DNA of 64,000 nt, taken from positions 18,038 through 82,037 of the forward strand of contig JAFTUH010000066.1 of the NCBI GenBank assembly GCA_017466375.1, in the 5' to 3' direction. The notes under the pieces were generated by a model. The model ran no database searches. It saw only the letters and a list, made by a program, of their open reading frames with translations, and was not told the origin of the DNA. This stretch comes from Clostridia bacterium. GTDB taxonomy: Bacteria; Bacillota; Clostridia; Oscillospirales; CAG-272. A program made the translations under genes and the position numbers. This document shows positions 1 through 9,808 of the stretch, in pieces. The stretch's first letter is position 1. Each line of letters opens with the position of its first letter.

Positions 1-28
1 CAAAACCGCAGGTGGGCTGCACCTGCGG
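1..28 (-). terminator. Rho-independent terminator downstream of the CBM9-like gene
   Basis: 9-bp stem CCGCAGGTG (6-14) / CACCTGCGG (20-28). The A-run at 2-5 reads as a T-run on the minus strand, just past the stop at 35-37. Confidence 0.6.
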
Positions 29-34
29 TCTGTA

Positions 35-646
35 TTATTCAAAAATCATCTCACCGAAATAGGGATAGCTGTGAAATTCGGGCGTTTCGTGTCCGACGCG
101 ATTCCACGAAAGGTAGTGCGGCAGAACGGTAAGATCTCCGCATTTATAGCAGTTCGCGCGGATTTTTACACCGGAAGCAAACGTCGTCTGCGGAACAAAC
201 AATCGCACAAACGAAAGCGGAATCCGGTACGTGATCTGCCAGCCGTCCTCCGTGCGGATCGGTTTCGGGTCAAAAATTGACAAATCGGTCAGAATCCTTA
301 CGGCATCGTCTCTTCCGTACGCGATACCGATCCACGATGCTCCGTTCGGGTTGAACTCGAAATTCATATACCGTGTATCATCCGCGGCGGGAGCGAAGAA
401 AAACTCGAGGCAGCTGTCCTCGCACGGCATCCCGGTCTGTGACGTATGCTCCGCACGGATATTCGTCTCCTTTGCCCACAGGCGGACGTACAGATTCTCT
501 GCATCGTACGCAATCTTCGCCCATGCGGCAATATCGCAGGATTCCGTCCACAGAAGATTGTCAATTGCAAGCGTACCTACGCGCTCCCAATCGATTTTTC
601 CATTCACTTTTGTAATCGTATACGTTCTCATATTTTCCAAAATCAA
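35..646 (-). CDS. Carbohydrate-binding family 9 (CBM9/DOMON)-like protein
   Basis: 203-aa ORF. Motifs typical of CBM9-like proteins: IDW..V, YDAENLYVRLWAKE, CEDSCLEFFF, YMNFEFNPNG. Recognised by eye only. Confidence 0.7.
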   Translation of the reverse strand: MILENMRTYTITKVNGKIDWERVGTLAIDNLLWTESCDIAAWAKIAYDAENLYVRLWAKETNIRAEHTSQTGMPCEDSCLEFFFAPAADDTRYMNFEFNPNGASWIGIAYGRDDAVRILTDLSIFDPKPIRTEDGWQITYRIPLSFVRLFVPQTTFASGVKIRANCYKCGDLTVLPHYLSWNRVGHETPEFHSYPYFGEMIFE

Positions 647-1371
647 ACATGCGCAAGGATGAAATCCGTAATGCGTCTGTCTCTCTCCTCCATACGGCCG
701 TGCGGATGATGTCCGCGATAGTTATGCTTGATTACCGTCAGCAGCTCGGGAGCGTCTGCGTATGCCTCCTCCATAAACTGACCGTTATCAAAATAGTCAA
801 CAGTAGTATCATTTGTACCGTACACCATGATGATCGGGATTCTGTGCGCCTTCAAAGCAGGAATACGATTCATCGGATGGTACTCGAATCCTGCGAGCAA
901 ATCCGCCTTTGTCACGCCCGGATACGCTGCGGTAAACTCGTCTCTCCAGATGCCGGGATACGCCTTTGCCGGGAAGCTTGCGAAGTTCAGAACGGGTGCA
1001 TCGATGAACATACAAACGACGCACTCAGGATGATATCCTGCAAAATTGACAGCGTGTCCGCCGCCGCAGCTCATGCCGACCGGCACACACTTATCGCGCA
1101 GTCCGTACTCCTCGTGGAGATACCTGACAAAGCGTGCCTTCGCGTCGCAGTCCTCCGGTGTTGCGAACCTCGTTTTATTCTTGAGATACGCGGCATGGAA
1201 TCCCTCGGCAAGCAAAGCGCACTCCTCCCGCGGATAGGCTTCGTCATACTCGGTCTTCAGCGTCCAATTTTTCGCCTCGTCCGCCTTTTCGGGGAACGCA
1301 AGGCGGGCGCGGCGCCCTTCAAATTCAAACTCAATGGCACGGTAGCCGAACCAATTGTACTCTTTAACCAT
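643..1371 (-). CDS. Alpha/beta-hydrolase fold esterase
   Basis: ORF 643-1434. I prefer the Met at 1371 (MVKEYNW), which has GAGG 8 nt upstream and an 8-nt overlap with the upstream stop. G-M-S-C-G nucleophile elbow; Asp/His-containing C-terminus (GTNDTTVD, GHHPHG). Confidence 0.7.
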   Translation of the reverse strand: MVKEYNWFGYRAIEFEFEGRRARLAFPEKADEAKNWTLKTEYDEAYPREECALLAEGFHAAYLKNKTRFATPEDCDAKARFVRYLHEEYGLRDKCVPVGMSCGGGHAVNFAGYHPECVVCMFIDAPVLNFASFPAKAYPGIWRDEFTAAYPGVTKADLLAGFEYHPMNRIPALKAHRIPIIMVYGTNDTTVDYFDNGQFMEEAYADAPELLTVIKHNYRGHHPHGRMEERDRRITDFILAHV

Positions 1372-2641
1372 GGTTGTTGCCTCGATTCTTATTCTTGAAT
1401 CTGTTCTCGCGCAGATAATCAAACACCTGTGCAAGTGCGGTTACTGCAAGAAATCCCGCAGAAATGCAAACTGCTGTCTGCAATGTCGTTGTAAAATATG
1501 TAAACGCTTCCGCAACATTTTTGGAAACGATGTTCGCCATCGTGTAGTACAGACCGCTGCCGGGGACCAAAGGAATCATCGCGGCGATAATAAATATATT
1601 GCGCGGTGCTTTGCGCACACGGGCACACACAGCGGAAAAGAGTCCGCCCGCCGCCGCCCCGATCATATTGGACAAAAACACGCCGCAGTGCCAGTACCGG
1701 AGCGCAAGCAGATACAGAAGGCAGGACAGAAATCCGCTCAGCGCACAGAACGGCAGATGTTTCGGCTTCGTACTGAACACGAGGCTGAAACCGATCGTAC
1801 CGATGACGCCGGTGAGAAGCACAACCCAATCCTGCGGCACGGCTGATTCGACCACCGGCGCCTGTGCGACGACCATCGAAAGCGAAAAGCCGAGCGCCAC
1901 GGAAAGCGCCAAAAGGATCGCGTGTACGAAGCGGAGTGCCCCCGAAAGAAGCTCCCCGCCGAACAGATCCTGCAGAGAAACGCTGAGCGCGACTCCGGGA
2001 ATCAGAAGCATGATCGCGCCGATCATGACTTTTTCGACGTTATCCCCTACCCCGCCAAGGACAAGCAGCGAGGCAAAAAGACCCGCAACAAACGAGCTGA
2101 GCGCGGTAACGGCAACCTGATTCACATTGGGGAAAACGTGTTTATCCAGCCACGTTACAACGATACCGCACAGCGCAGCAGCAACACCGTCGAGAACAGA
2201 TCCGCCGAAAAAGACAGCGAAACCGCCCGCTGCAAAGATCGCGCCTAGGTAGTACACCCACAAGGGATACGCCATTTTCCTGCGCGCTTCTTTGACCGCC
2301 TCCCGCGCCTCGGAAAGCGTGAGCTTCCCTTCGCACAGACTGCGTGAGATACTGTTGATCGTTTCAAGGGTAGAAAGATTATTGGAATTTCCGTGTACGC
2401 GGCGCATCTGCTGCGAGCGCGTGCCGTCGGGCATACAAACGGACGCGACAATCACAGACGTAATCGTAAACGCCTCGATATGTACTGCGCCGAACGCAGA
2501 ACAAATACGTGTGATCGTCTCCTCGACGCGGCGCACGTCACCGCCGCAGCGCAAGGTGTGTTCTGCAACGTCAAGGGCGGTGAGCAAAAGCTCCTCCGCG
2601 TCAACGGCGGTCTCTGCCGCCGGAGCAGTTTTTGAAGTCAT
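1364..2641 (-). CDS. Threonine/serine exporter (ThrE) family membrane protein, fused DUF1212+DUF3815 type
   Basis: ORF 1364-2647. ATG at 2641 has GGAG 5 nt upstream. Soluble N-terminal segment (RCGGDVRRVEETI) followed by about 9 hydrophobic helices, as in the ThrE family. Confidence 0.75.
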   Translation of the reverse strand: MTSKTAPAAETAVDAEELLLTALDVAEHTLRCGGDVRRVEETITRICSAFGAVHIEAFTITSVIVASVCMPDGTRSQQMRRVHGNSNNLSTLETINSISRSLCEGKLTLSEAREAVKEARRKMAYPLWVYYLGAIFAAGGFAVFFGGSVLDGVAAALCGIVVTWLDKHVFPNVNQVAVTALSSFVAGLFASLLVLGGVGDNVEKVMIGAIMLLIPGVALSVSLQDLFGGELLSGALRFVHAILLALSVALGFSLSMVVAQAPVVESAVPQDWVVLLTGVIGTIGFSLVFSTKPKHLPFCALSGFLSCLLYLLALRYWHCGVFLSNMIGAAAGGLFSAVCARVRKAPRNIFIIAAMIPLVPGSGLYYTMANIVSKNVAEAFTYFTTTLQTAVCISAGFLAVTALAQVFDYLRENRFKNKNRGNNHG

Positions 2642-2674
2642 AAACACTCCGCAAGAATGGATTTATTTACCGAT

Positions 2675-2702
2675 ATTATAGCATGAAAATTGCAAATGTC
2701 AA
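2675..2702 (-). promoter_or_regulatory. Sigma-70-type promoter for the ThrE-family gene
   Basis: Minus strand reads TTGACA (2702-2697), 16 nt, TGcTATAAT (-10 hexamer at 2680-2675). Confidence 0.55.
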
Positions 2703-2722
2703 GAAAATTCCAAAAGGATTTA

Positions 2723-3982
2723 TCATTCATATTTTTTGAAGGCAAATCGCTGGCTGACATACAGACCGTAATTACCCGACAAGGCAAACGATGCCGCACA
2801 CAAAACAGCAAAATACACGATTCCGTCTCCGCCGAACAGCTCGACGGCAAGCACAAGAGAGGCAAACGTACTGTTTGAGACCGCGCAGAAGAACCCGACG
2901 AGACCGAGCGCGGCTCCGAACACGGGATCAAGTCCGATCAGCGGGGATACAGCTGCGCCGAGTGCCGCTCCAATAAAAAACGACGGAACGATCTCGCCGC
3001 CCTTGAAGCCTGCGGCAAGCGTGACGGCAGTGAAGATCATTTTCAGAAGAAACGCGTACGGGGGCACTTCGCCGCCATCTATGATATGCTCAATCGTATC
3101 CATGCCCGGACCGTTGTACATCTGCGACCCGACGAGAAGCGTACCGCCGAGCAGCATCGCTCCGCCGATCGCACCGCGAAGCTCGGGTATGCGTATCTTT
3201 GCCGCAAGATGCTCCAGTGTGCGCAGAAGCAAGACGAACAGCACGGCTGCTGCGGCAATCACAAGTGCCAAAAGCAGGACACGCGAAAAATCCGCGACGG
3301 AGATTTCAGGCACGTCAAAAAGCACAAAAGACGAGTACTCGCACCCGAGAAGCATCGCTGCCCAAAGCGCGACAAACGACGAGATTACCGCGGCCAAAAA
3401 GCCCGCATACATGACGGCACCGACAGAGACAAACTCAACGACGAAGACGGCCGCCGTCACGGGCGTACCGAATAGCGCGGCAAAAAGCCCTGCCATACCG
3501 CAGAGCGTGATATAATGGAGATCGCTCTCTTTCAGGCGGAAGATCCTGCCGAGCTTATAGCCAAGCGCGCCGCCGAGCTGCAGTGCCGCCCCCTCCTTGC
3601 CTGCCGATCCGCCGACAAGATGGGTGACGAACGTTGTAAAAACAATGCCGCCGACAAGCGTAAACGGGATCCTTGTGCCCTCATTGACCGATTCGATCAG
3701 CAGATCTGTCCCGTGGAGTTTATTCAGCTTCGTCACCCGATAGAGCCACGCGACAAAAGCGCCGCCGATCGGCAAAAACCAAAGCAGCACGGGATACGTC
3801 TCCCGCGCTTCTGCGGCAAAATGGAGGGCGTGCCAGAAAAGCGCGCCGATCCCGCCGCCGATCACACCCGTAACCGTACCGAGGATCATCCACTTTACCG
3901 CATAGCGAATACATTTATGTAGCGCGTCCGCGCTGTGTTTTATATGTTCTTTATTGATGCTGGAAAATATGCTGTGTTTCAC
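2723..3982 (-). CDS. Voltage-gated chloride channel (ClC) family protein
   Basis: 419-aa polytopic ORF. ClC selectivity-type motifs GSAGKEG and GGEIVPSFFIGA. GTG start with a weak RBS, so the start is uncertain. Confidence 0.85.
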   Translation of the reverse strand: MKHSIFSSINKEHIKHSADALHKCIRYAVKWMILGTVTGVIGGGIGALFWHALHFAAEARETYPVLLWFLPIGGAFVAWLYRVTKLNKLHGTDLLIESVNEGTRIPFTLVGGIVFTTFVTHLVGGSAGKEGAALQLGGALGYKLGRIFRLKESDLHYITLCGMAGLFAALFGTPVTAAVFVVEFVSVGAVMYAGFLAAVISSFVALWAAMLLGCEYSSFVLFDVPEISVADFSRVLLLALVIAAAAVLFVLLLRTLEHLAAKIRIPELRGAIGGAMLLGGTLLVGSQMYNGPGMDTIEHIIDGGEVPPYAFLLKMIFTAVTLAAGFKGGEIVPSFFIGAALGAAVSPLIGLDPVFGAALGLVGFFCAVSNSTFASLVLAVELFGGDGIVYFAVLCAASFALSGNYGLYVSQRFAFKKYE

Positions 3983-4016
3983 AATTTATACCGTTTTTAC
4001 CGTTCTTTGCTGGATT

Positions 4017-4598
4017 TCAAAAGTCCATCCGTATCTGTCCCGCGGAGGCAGGTTTCTCCGTTTCCGTTTCCGCAATTGCGAAGGAAATCTGGCTCGCGGC
4101 AAGGAAATATCGCGTACAGAGCTGTTCGTACATACCACCCTCTCTGAGAAACGGGGACTTGCGGATCAGCTGTTCCGGACGCATCACGCCGGCATCGATA
4201 ATGTACGAAATCGCCTTTGCGAACGCCTCCTCAAACACATCTGCCGGAATGCGGTGCAGCATATTCGCACTGATCGTGGAAAAATGCGGCACGTTTTCAT
4301 CCAGCGGACAGCCGATAAACCAGCGATAGACGAGATTCGTCTGCATTTCCGCCGCTGCAGCACGGAGGGAATCCATCTCGTAGATATGCCGCAGCAGAGC
4401 GAACGCCAGAAGCATCTCCGGCTCAAAGGCAGGGCGTCCCCGCTCCGCACTGTAGCACGCGCGCATCGGTGCACAGCACGCCTGCCAATCGATCGCGCTG
4501 TCGATTTTGCGGATCATATGATCCGCAGGAATGAGACTGTCAAGAGATACCGATACAGTCGCCCGGCGGGTGTCACGCAGAGATTCGGATGCAAGCAT
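4017..4598 (-). pseudogene. Truncated IS1182/IS5-type transposase (N-terminal DUF772-like domain only)
   Basis: 193-aa ORF with LIPADHMIRKID..RGRPAFEPEMLL..LVYRWFIG..VPHFSTIS, the N-terminal signature of IS1182/IS5 transposases. No DDE catalytic region. The ORF ends 34 nt from the ClC start. Confidence 0.7.
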
Positions 4599-4628
4599 GG
4601 TGATACGTCCTTTCGTTTGTTAACAGTC

Positions 4629-6029
4629 TTACAGTTCGCGCACGATTTCGGCAAAGCGCTCACCGCGCTTTTCAAAATTGGCAAAGGCGTCAAAGCTCGC
4701 GCAGGCAGGCGACAGGAGCACGGCATCGCCCACTTTCGCTGTCTGTGCGGCAAGAAGCACCGCTTTCGTGAAATCGCTTTCATGCAGCACAGGAAACGCA
4801 CCTTTTTGGGCATGCGCTTCGATTGCCGCGCTGATCTTATCCGCCGTTGCGCCTGTGAGGACGGCGGCACGGATATTGCCGTGTGCAAACAGAGCCTCGG
4901 CAAGCGGCTCAAACGGGATATTCTTATCGTATCCGCCGAGAATCACGACGAGGGCTCTGTCCTTCATGGCGGAAAGCGCGGCGGCTGTCCGTGTGGGCGA
5001 GGAGTCGATTGAGCTGTTATAGTACGACACGCCGTTCTTTTCGTGGACGAGCTGCAATCTGTGCGGCACGCCGCCGAAGGTACGCGCGACTTCAGCAATT
5101 ACCTCGGGATCTGCATAGCCGCGCACGGCAGCGATCGCCGCCATATAATTCTCGATGTTGTGCCGTCCGGGCAGCAGGATCTCCGCCACCGGCAGGATCG
5201 GATACGATTCCGATTCTCCTGCCAGACGGAAGACGATCATGCCGTCCTCCTCGTATACGGCAGAATCCTCGGCGCGCAGGGCGGCATCAGGAATTCTCTC
5301 ATGGGCAAACAGCGTGACAGGGCACGGCGCACTGCGGGCAATGGTGCGCGTGATCTCGTTTTCGTAATTGAGAACGGCACGGGCGGCACCGTCGAGCACC
5401 TTTGCTTTGGCGGCGATGTATTCCTCCATATCCGTATGCCAGTTGAGGTGATTCGGTGTGATATTTGTAATCACGGCGACATCCGGTGCACGGGTCACCG
5501 TCATGAGCTGAAAGCTGGACAGCTCAACAACGGCAAGATCGCGCTCCCCCATCCGACCGATCCGATGGAGCATTGGCTCTCCAATATTGCCGCCGAGGAA
5601 GACGTTCGCACCGCTGTCCCGCGATGCTTTGCGAAGAATTTCCGAGATAAGCGTCGTCGTGGTCGTTTTTCCGTCGCTTCCCGTGATACCGATGACACTG
5701 CACGGGCGGTTTTCAAGAAACATCTCCATCTCGGAGGTGAGAATCGCGCCGCAGTCCTTTGCCGCAGTGAGTGCGGGCAAATCGGGACGGAAGCCGGGGG
5801 AGCGGAAAACGTAATCCGCGCAAATCCCGTCAAGATATTCCTCGCCGCCGATGAGGACAGCTCCGAGTGCGCGCAGTTTTTCCGCACTCTCCCCGAGCTG
5901 GTCGGGTGTTTTTTTATCCCGCACGGTGATACGGGCACCGCTTTCGGCAAGATACTTCGCCAGCGGCATATTGGAAACGCCTGCGCCGAGAAGCGTGACG
6001 TTTTTATTTCTGAAATCGGGCAAAGACAT
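4629..6029 (-). CDS. murD: UDP-N-acetylmuramoylalanine--D-glutamate ligase
   Basis: 466 aa. N-terminal GAGVSN Rossmann segment and the Mur ligase P-loop GITGSDGKTTTTTL. Length and layout typical of MurD. Confidence 0.93.
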   Translation of the reverse strand: MSLPDFRNKNVTLLGAGVSNMPLAKYLAESGARITVRDKKTPDQLGESAEKLRALGAVLIGGEEYLDGICADYVFRSPGFRPDLPALTAAKDCGAILTSEMEMFLENRPCSVIGITGSDGKTTTTTLISEILRKASRDSGANVFLGGNIGEPMLHRIGRMGERDLAVVELSSFQLMTVTRAPDVAVITNITPNHLNWHTDMEEYIAAKAKVLDGAARAVLNYENEITRTIARSAPCPVTLFAHERIPDAALRAEDSAVYEEDGMIVFRLAGESESYPILPVAEILLPGRHNIENYMAAIAAVRGYADPEVIAEVARTFGGVPHRLQLVHEKNGVSYYNSSIDSSPTRTAAALSAMKDRALVVILGGYDKNIPFEPLAEALFAHGNIRAAVLTGATADKISAAIEAHAQKGAFPVLHESDFTKAVLLAAQTAKVGDAVLLSPACASFDAFANFEKRGERFAEIVREL

Positions 6030-6084
6030 ATTTTCTGCCTTTCATATATGAAATCGGGCGGTAAAAACACACCGCCACAGTTAT

Positions 6085-6112
6085 ATTATATACCATTTTG
6101 TGCGGGATGCAA
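6085..6112 (-). promoter_or_regulatory. Sigma-70-type promoter for murD
   Basis: Minus strand reads TTGCAT (6112-6107), 16 nt, TATAAT (6090-6085). Confidence 0.5.
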
Positions 6113-6194
6113 CTTTTTTTCTCAAAAATCTTCCGCATTTCGCACACCGAGGCGGTTAAATTTTACAAATACTTCATCTATACGATGAAATTTG

Positions 6195-6203
6195 TGCTAT
6201 AAT
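6195..6203 (+). promoter_or_regulatory. Extended -10 element upstream of the yybS-like gene
   Basis: TGcTATAAT at 6195-6203. No good -35 element. Confidence 0.4.
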
Positions 6204-6238
6204 ATAGTATGTATTGTTGTATCTGTGAGGTGTTCTGC

Positions 6239-7234
6239 GTGCTGAACGGCGGTGACCGTACCCCTGCTCTGCCTTCTCTTTCGGCGGTGGGCGCTGTCTT
6301 TGCTTTTGTGCTCCTGCTTGCAGTCACAGCAGTTGGCGCGTGCTATCCAATCCTTGCGCTCCCGCTCACAGCCGTCTCCGGCGGAATCCTTGCCGCGGTG
6401 CTTCTGCTTCACCGCGCACCGCTGTCCGTTATCGCGCCGTTTCTCTGTGCCGGGCTGTGCGCTGTCTTTGCGAAAAACGGGACAGCTGCTGTTCTCTCGT
6501 TTCTGTTTCTGCCGATCGGCTTTGCGTCGGCGTTCGCGGTCTTTATGCGCATGAAGCGTATGCAGGCAATCGCGGTCTCCGGCTGTGCCGCGGCATTTGT
6601 GGGAGCAATCTCGCTTGGTGCAACGATCCTGGCAAGCGGTCTGACGCCTGCCGCCTTCTTCGCTTCGGTGAAGGAGGAATGCATCCGTTTTCTGACCTCG
6701 CACACGGTGCTGACGGAAACGGGCGACCGTATGCCGTTTCTGACAGAGGCAAGTGCGGATGCGCTGATCTCCTATTTCACGCTACTGCTCCCCGCTATCC
6801 TTATCTGCTCACTGTTTCTCCTCTCGTTTTTCGCGACGGGGATTCTCAGAAAGATTCTCGCGCGTCTCGGTGCCGAAGCTGATTTCCTGCCGGGCGGATG
6901 GGAGCTGATGCCGGGCAAACTTGCCGCCGCGGTCTATCTATTCACACAACCGATTGCGTTTCTGTGTGCCGTTTTACCCGATGCACAGGCGCTGTATTTC
7001 GGCTTTTACAACGTATCCCTTGTATTTCTTCTGCCGCTTGCCATCCTCGGCATCACCGCCTGTATCCGCCATTTCCGACACACCAAATCGCTCGGAGGTC
7101 TCGGCAAAACGGCGCTGGCGGCACTGGCACTCCTGCTTGCCGCCGCAGGACTGTACTGGCTTCTCACGTTTGCGGCTTTCTACGGCGTTTACATCATTTT
7201 CAGAACGGAAAGATCCGATTCGGCCTCCCCGTAA
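6239..7234 (+). CDS. YybS-like (DUF2232) polytopic membrane protein
   Basis: ORF 6209-7234. GTG at 6239 has GAGG 8 nt upstream and lies downstream of the TGcTATAAT box. Highly hydrophobic. Its position immediately upstream of gdpP-rplI-dnaB matches the conserved Firmicutes yybS-yybT-rplI-dnaC order. Confidence 0.6.
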   Translation: MLNGGDRTPALPSLSAVGAVFAFVLLLAVTAVGACYPILALPLTAVSGGILAAVLLLHRAPLSVIAPFLCAGLCAVFAKNGTAAVLSFLFLPIGFASAFAVFMRMKRMQAIAVSGCAAAFVGAISLGATILASGLTPAAFFASVKEECIRFLTSHTVLTETGDRMPFLTEASADALISYFTLLLPAILICSLFLLSFFATGILRKILARLGAEADFLPGGWELMPGKLAAAVYLFTQPIAFLCAVLPDAQALYFGFYNVSLVFLLPLAILGITACIRHFRHTKSLGGLGKTALAALALLLAAAGLYWLLTFAAFYGVYIIFRTERSDSASP

Positions 7235-7261
7235 GGGGCACGGAAAGAAAGAAGGACAACC

Positions 7262-9292
7262 ATGTCAAAACAACCGAAAAACAAACTGACACTCCCCTAC
7301 CTCTCCCTGCCGACGATCGTCACTGCGGCGGCGGTGGCTCTCATTCTGATCCTCGTTGCCGTCCTCGGCACGTTCACAAAAATCCCTGCAGCCGTTCTCT
7401 GTGCCGCTGCTTTTCTCCTTATCGTCGGCAGTGCGGTGCTGATTTCCAAACTGTTGGACCACCGCAGTATGCACGGCGCGGACAGTCAGCGGCTCTCGCC
7501 TGTGCTCGGCAATATCATGGTCGACACGGTCATGAAGCAGGCATCCCCCGTTTTCATCTGCGACGCGGAGGAAGAACGCATCATCTGGTACAACCGCGCG
7601 TTCTCCGTGGCAACGGATGCAAAGCTGCAGCTGTACGGCCACCGTGCCGATGAATATCTGAGCCGGAACGTCGCCTCGCTTCTCGCGGAAAATGCCGCGG
7701 ACGGCGCCGCCGTTTCCATCGGAGAGAGAGCTTTCCGCGGACAGGTCTACACCCTGCGTGCAAAAGACAAAACATTCTGCGTCGTTGTCCTCTCCGACGT
7801 TACGGAAAAGGAACGGCTGTATCAGCAGCTCGCCCAGCGCGAAGCGGCTGTCGCCTACATCCTGATTGATAATCTGGACGAAATCCTGCAGTACGAACAG
7901 GAAAAATTCCGTACCGTTGCCGTGGAGATCGAAAAACTCCTGCGCGAATGGGCTTCGGAAGCGGAGGGCATTCTCAAGGAATACGAGCGCGATCGGTACC
8001 TGTTCGTGTTCGAGGCTCGCCACCTGGACGATTTCATCGTACGTAAATTTGACGTACTGGACAAGATCCGCGATATCCGCATCGGCGACGCAAAACTGCC
8101 CGTCACCATCTCCGTAGGTGTCGCGAACGTACGCGGCGAATTCAGCGAAAAAGAGCGTACCGCGGCGGCGGCACTTGACATGGCTCTCCAGCGCGGCGGT
8201 GATCAGGTCGTCGTAAAGAGCGAGACAGGCATCGAATTTTACGGCGGACGCACCAAGACCGTGCACAAACGCACTAAGGTACGCGCACGCGTGATTGCAA
8301 ACGAATTGATCCTGCATCTCTCCCGTGCTTCCAACGTCCTCGTAATGGGACACAGATACGCCGATTTCGACTCGTTCGGCGCGGCGGTCGGCGTGGCACG
8401 TCTCGCCATGTTCTGCGGTGCACAGGTCAACATCGTGACCGATATGAAAGATCCGAATCTCGAAGGATGCCGCAAGATGCTCGCCCGGGAAAAGGACTAC
8501 ACCGACGTGCTTGTGGACACGAATGACGCACTCGATCTTGTGAGCGCAAACACGCTGCTCGTGATCGTGGACGTGAACAACGCGGAAATGTACGAATCCC
8601 CTGCCCTTGCGCAGAACGTGGATCATGTCGCCATCATCGACCATCACAGAAAGACGGCGGAATTTGACAAGACGCCCGTGCTTTCCTACATTGAGCCGTC
8701 TGCGGCAGCGGCGTGCGAGCTGATTTCCGAGATGCTTGAGCTGGTACTGCCCGAAAATCAGCTGCTCCCCGCTGAGGCAAATCTCATGATGGCGGGCATT
8801 CTCGTGGACACCAAGCAGTTTACGAAAAACACCGGCGTGCGCACGTTCAGCGCGGCGCTGTATCTGCGTGACCGCGGGGCTGTTCCTGCCGAGGCGCAGA
8901 GCCTCTTCAAAACGGATCTGGATGACTATATCCGCGAGGCAAAATTCCGTTCCAACGTCGTGATCTACCGCGGCATCACCGCAATCGCGCTCGGCGAGGG
9001 TGAAGGTGAAGCGGCAGACCGTATCGCAGCCGCAAAAGCGGCGGACAAGCTCCTCACGGTTGAGGGAGTGCAGGCATCTTTTGCCCTCATCCGCATCGGA
9101 GATACCGTCCATATCTCCGCGCGCTCCGGCGACACGGTGAACGTCCAGATCATCCTCGAAAAACTCCGCGGCGGCGGTCATTTTGACGCGGCAGGCGCGC
9201 AGGTCACCGCTACGATGCAGGACGCGCTCGTCCAGCTCAAAGCGGCAATCGATGAGTATTTCGACGGCACGGACGCACAGACACAGAAATAA
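7262..9292 (+). CDS. gdpP: Cyclic-di-AMP phosphodiesterase GdpP (YybT)
   Basis: 676 aa. Two N-terminal TM helices, a PAS-like region and a degenerate GGDEF region, then DHH (MGHRYADFDSFG, DHH) and DHHA1 (GGGH) domains. Confidence 0.9.
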   Translation: MSKQPKNKLTLPYLSLPTIVTAAAVALILILVAVLGTFTKIPAAVLCAAAFLLIVGSAVLISKLLDHRSMHGADSQRLSPVLGNIMVDTVMKQASPVFICDAEEERIIWYNRAFSVATDAKLQLYGHRADEYLSRNVASLLAENAADGAAVSIGERAFRGQVYTLRAKDKTFCVVVLSDVTEKERLYQQLAQREAAVAYILIDNLDEILQYEQEKFRTVAVEIEKLLREWASEAEGILKEYERDRYLFVFEARHLDDFIVRKFDVLDKIRDIRIGDAKLPVTISVGVANVRGEFSEKERTAAAALDMALQRGGDQVVVKSETGIEFYGGRTKTVHKRTKVRARVIANELILHLSRASNVLVMGHRYADFDSFGAAVGVARLAMFCGAQVNIVTDMKDPNLEGCRKMLAREKDYTDVLVDTNDALDLVSANTLLVIVDVNNAEMYESPALAQNVDHVAIIDHHRKTAEFDKTPVLSYIEPSAAAACELISEMLELVLPENQLLPAEANLMMAGILVDTKQFTKNTGVRTFSAALYLRDRGAVPAEAQSLFKTDLDDYIREAKFRSNVVIYRGITAIALGEGEGEAADRIAAAKAADKLLTVEGVQASFALIRIGDTVHISARSGDTVNVQIILEKLRGGGHFDAAGAQVTATMQDALVQLKAAIDEYFDGTDAQTQK

Positions 9293-9355
9293 GCAATCCA
9301 AACTATTTATTCTAATATGTAAGAAAGGACTCCCGACGGGAGCAGGTAATAAAAA

Positions 9356-9802
9356 ATGAAAGTTGTACTTCTGCAGGACGTTAAAGCACAGGGCAAAAAA
9401 GGAGATCTGATCAACGTATCCGACGGATACGCACGCAATTTCCTTTTCCCGAAGGGTCTCGCCGCTGAGGCAGACGCAAAGGTCATGAACGAGCTGAAAT
9501 CGAAAGAGGAAGCCCGTCTCCATAAGATTGAGGAAGAAAAGGCAGCCGCACGCGCTGTTGCCGAGCAGCTTACCGGCGTTGTCGTGAAGCTGAAATCCAC
9601 CGCAGGTGCGGACGGACGTCTCTACGGCTCCATCACCGCAAAGGATATCGCCGAGGCTCTCCAGAAGGATCACGGCATCACTGTCGACAAGAGAAAAATT
9701 GACATGGACGGTCCGATCCGCGCGTTCGGCACGTATGCTCTCGACGTCAAGCTGTACACGGAAATCAGCGGCAAGATCAATCTCGTCGTCTCCGATACCT
9801 GA
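9356..9802 (+). CDS. rplI: 50S ribosomal protein L9
   Basis: 148 aa starting [36 protein letters not shown], the canonical L9 N-terminus. Confidence 0.97.
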   Translation: MKVVLLQDVKAQGKKGDLINVSDGYARNFLFPKGLAAEADAKVMNELKSKEEARLHKIEEEKAAARAVAEQLTGVVVKLKSTAGADGRLYGSITAKDIAEALQKDHGITVDKRKIDMDGPIRAFGTYALDVKLYTEISGKINLVVSDT

Positions 9803-9808
9803 TAAAGC

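Noticed and set aside
3954-6188. Plus-strand ORFs of 352 aa (3954-5012) and 381 aa (5043-6188).
   Set aside because: They are antisense to the transposase remnant and to murD. Their translations are arginine-rich and low-complexity, and murD is unambiguous on the other strand.
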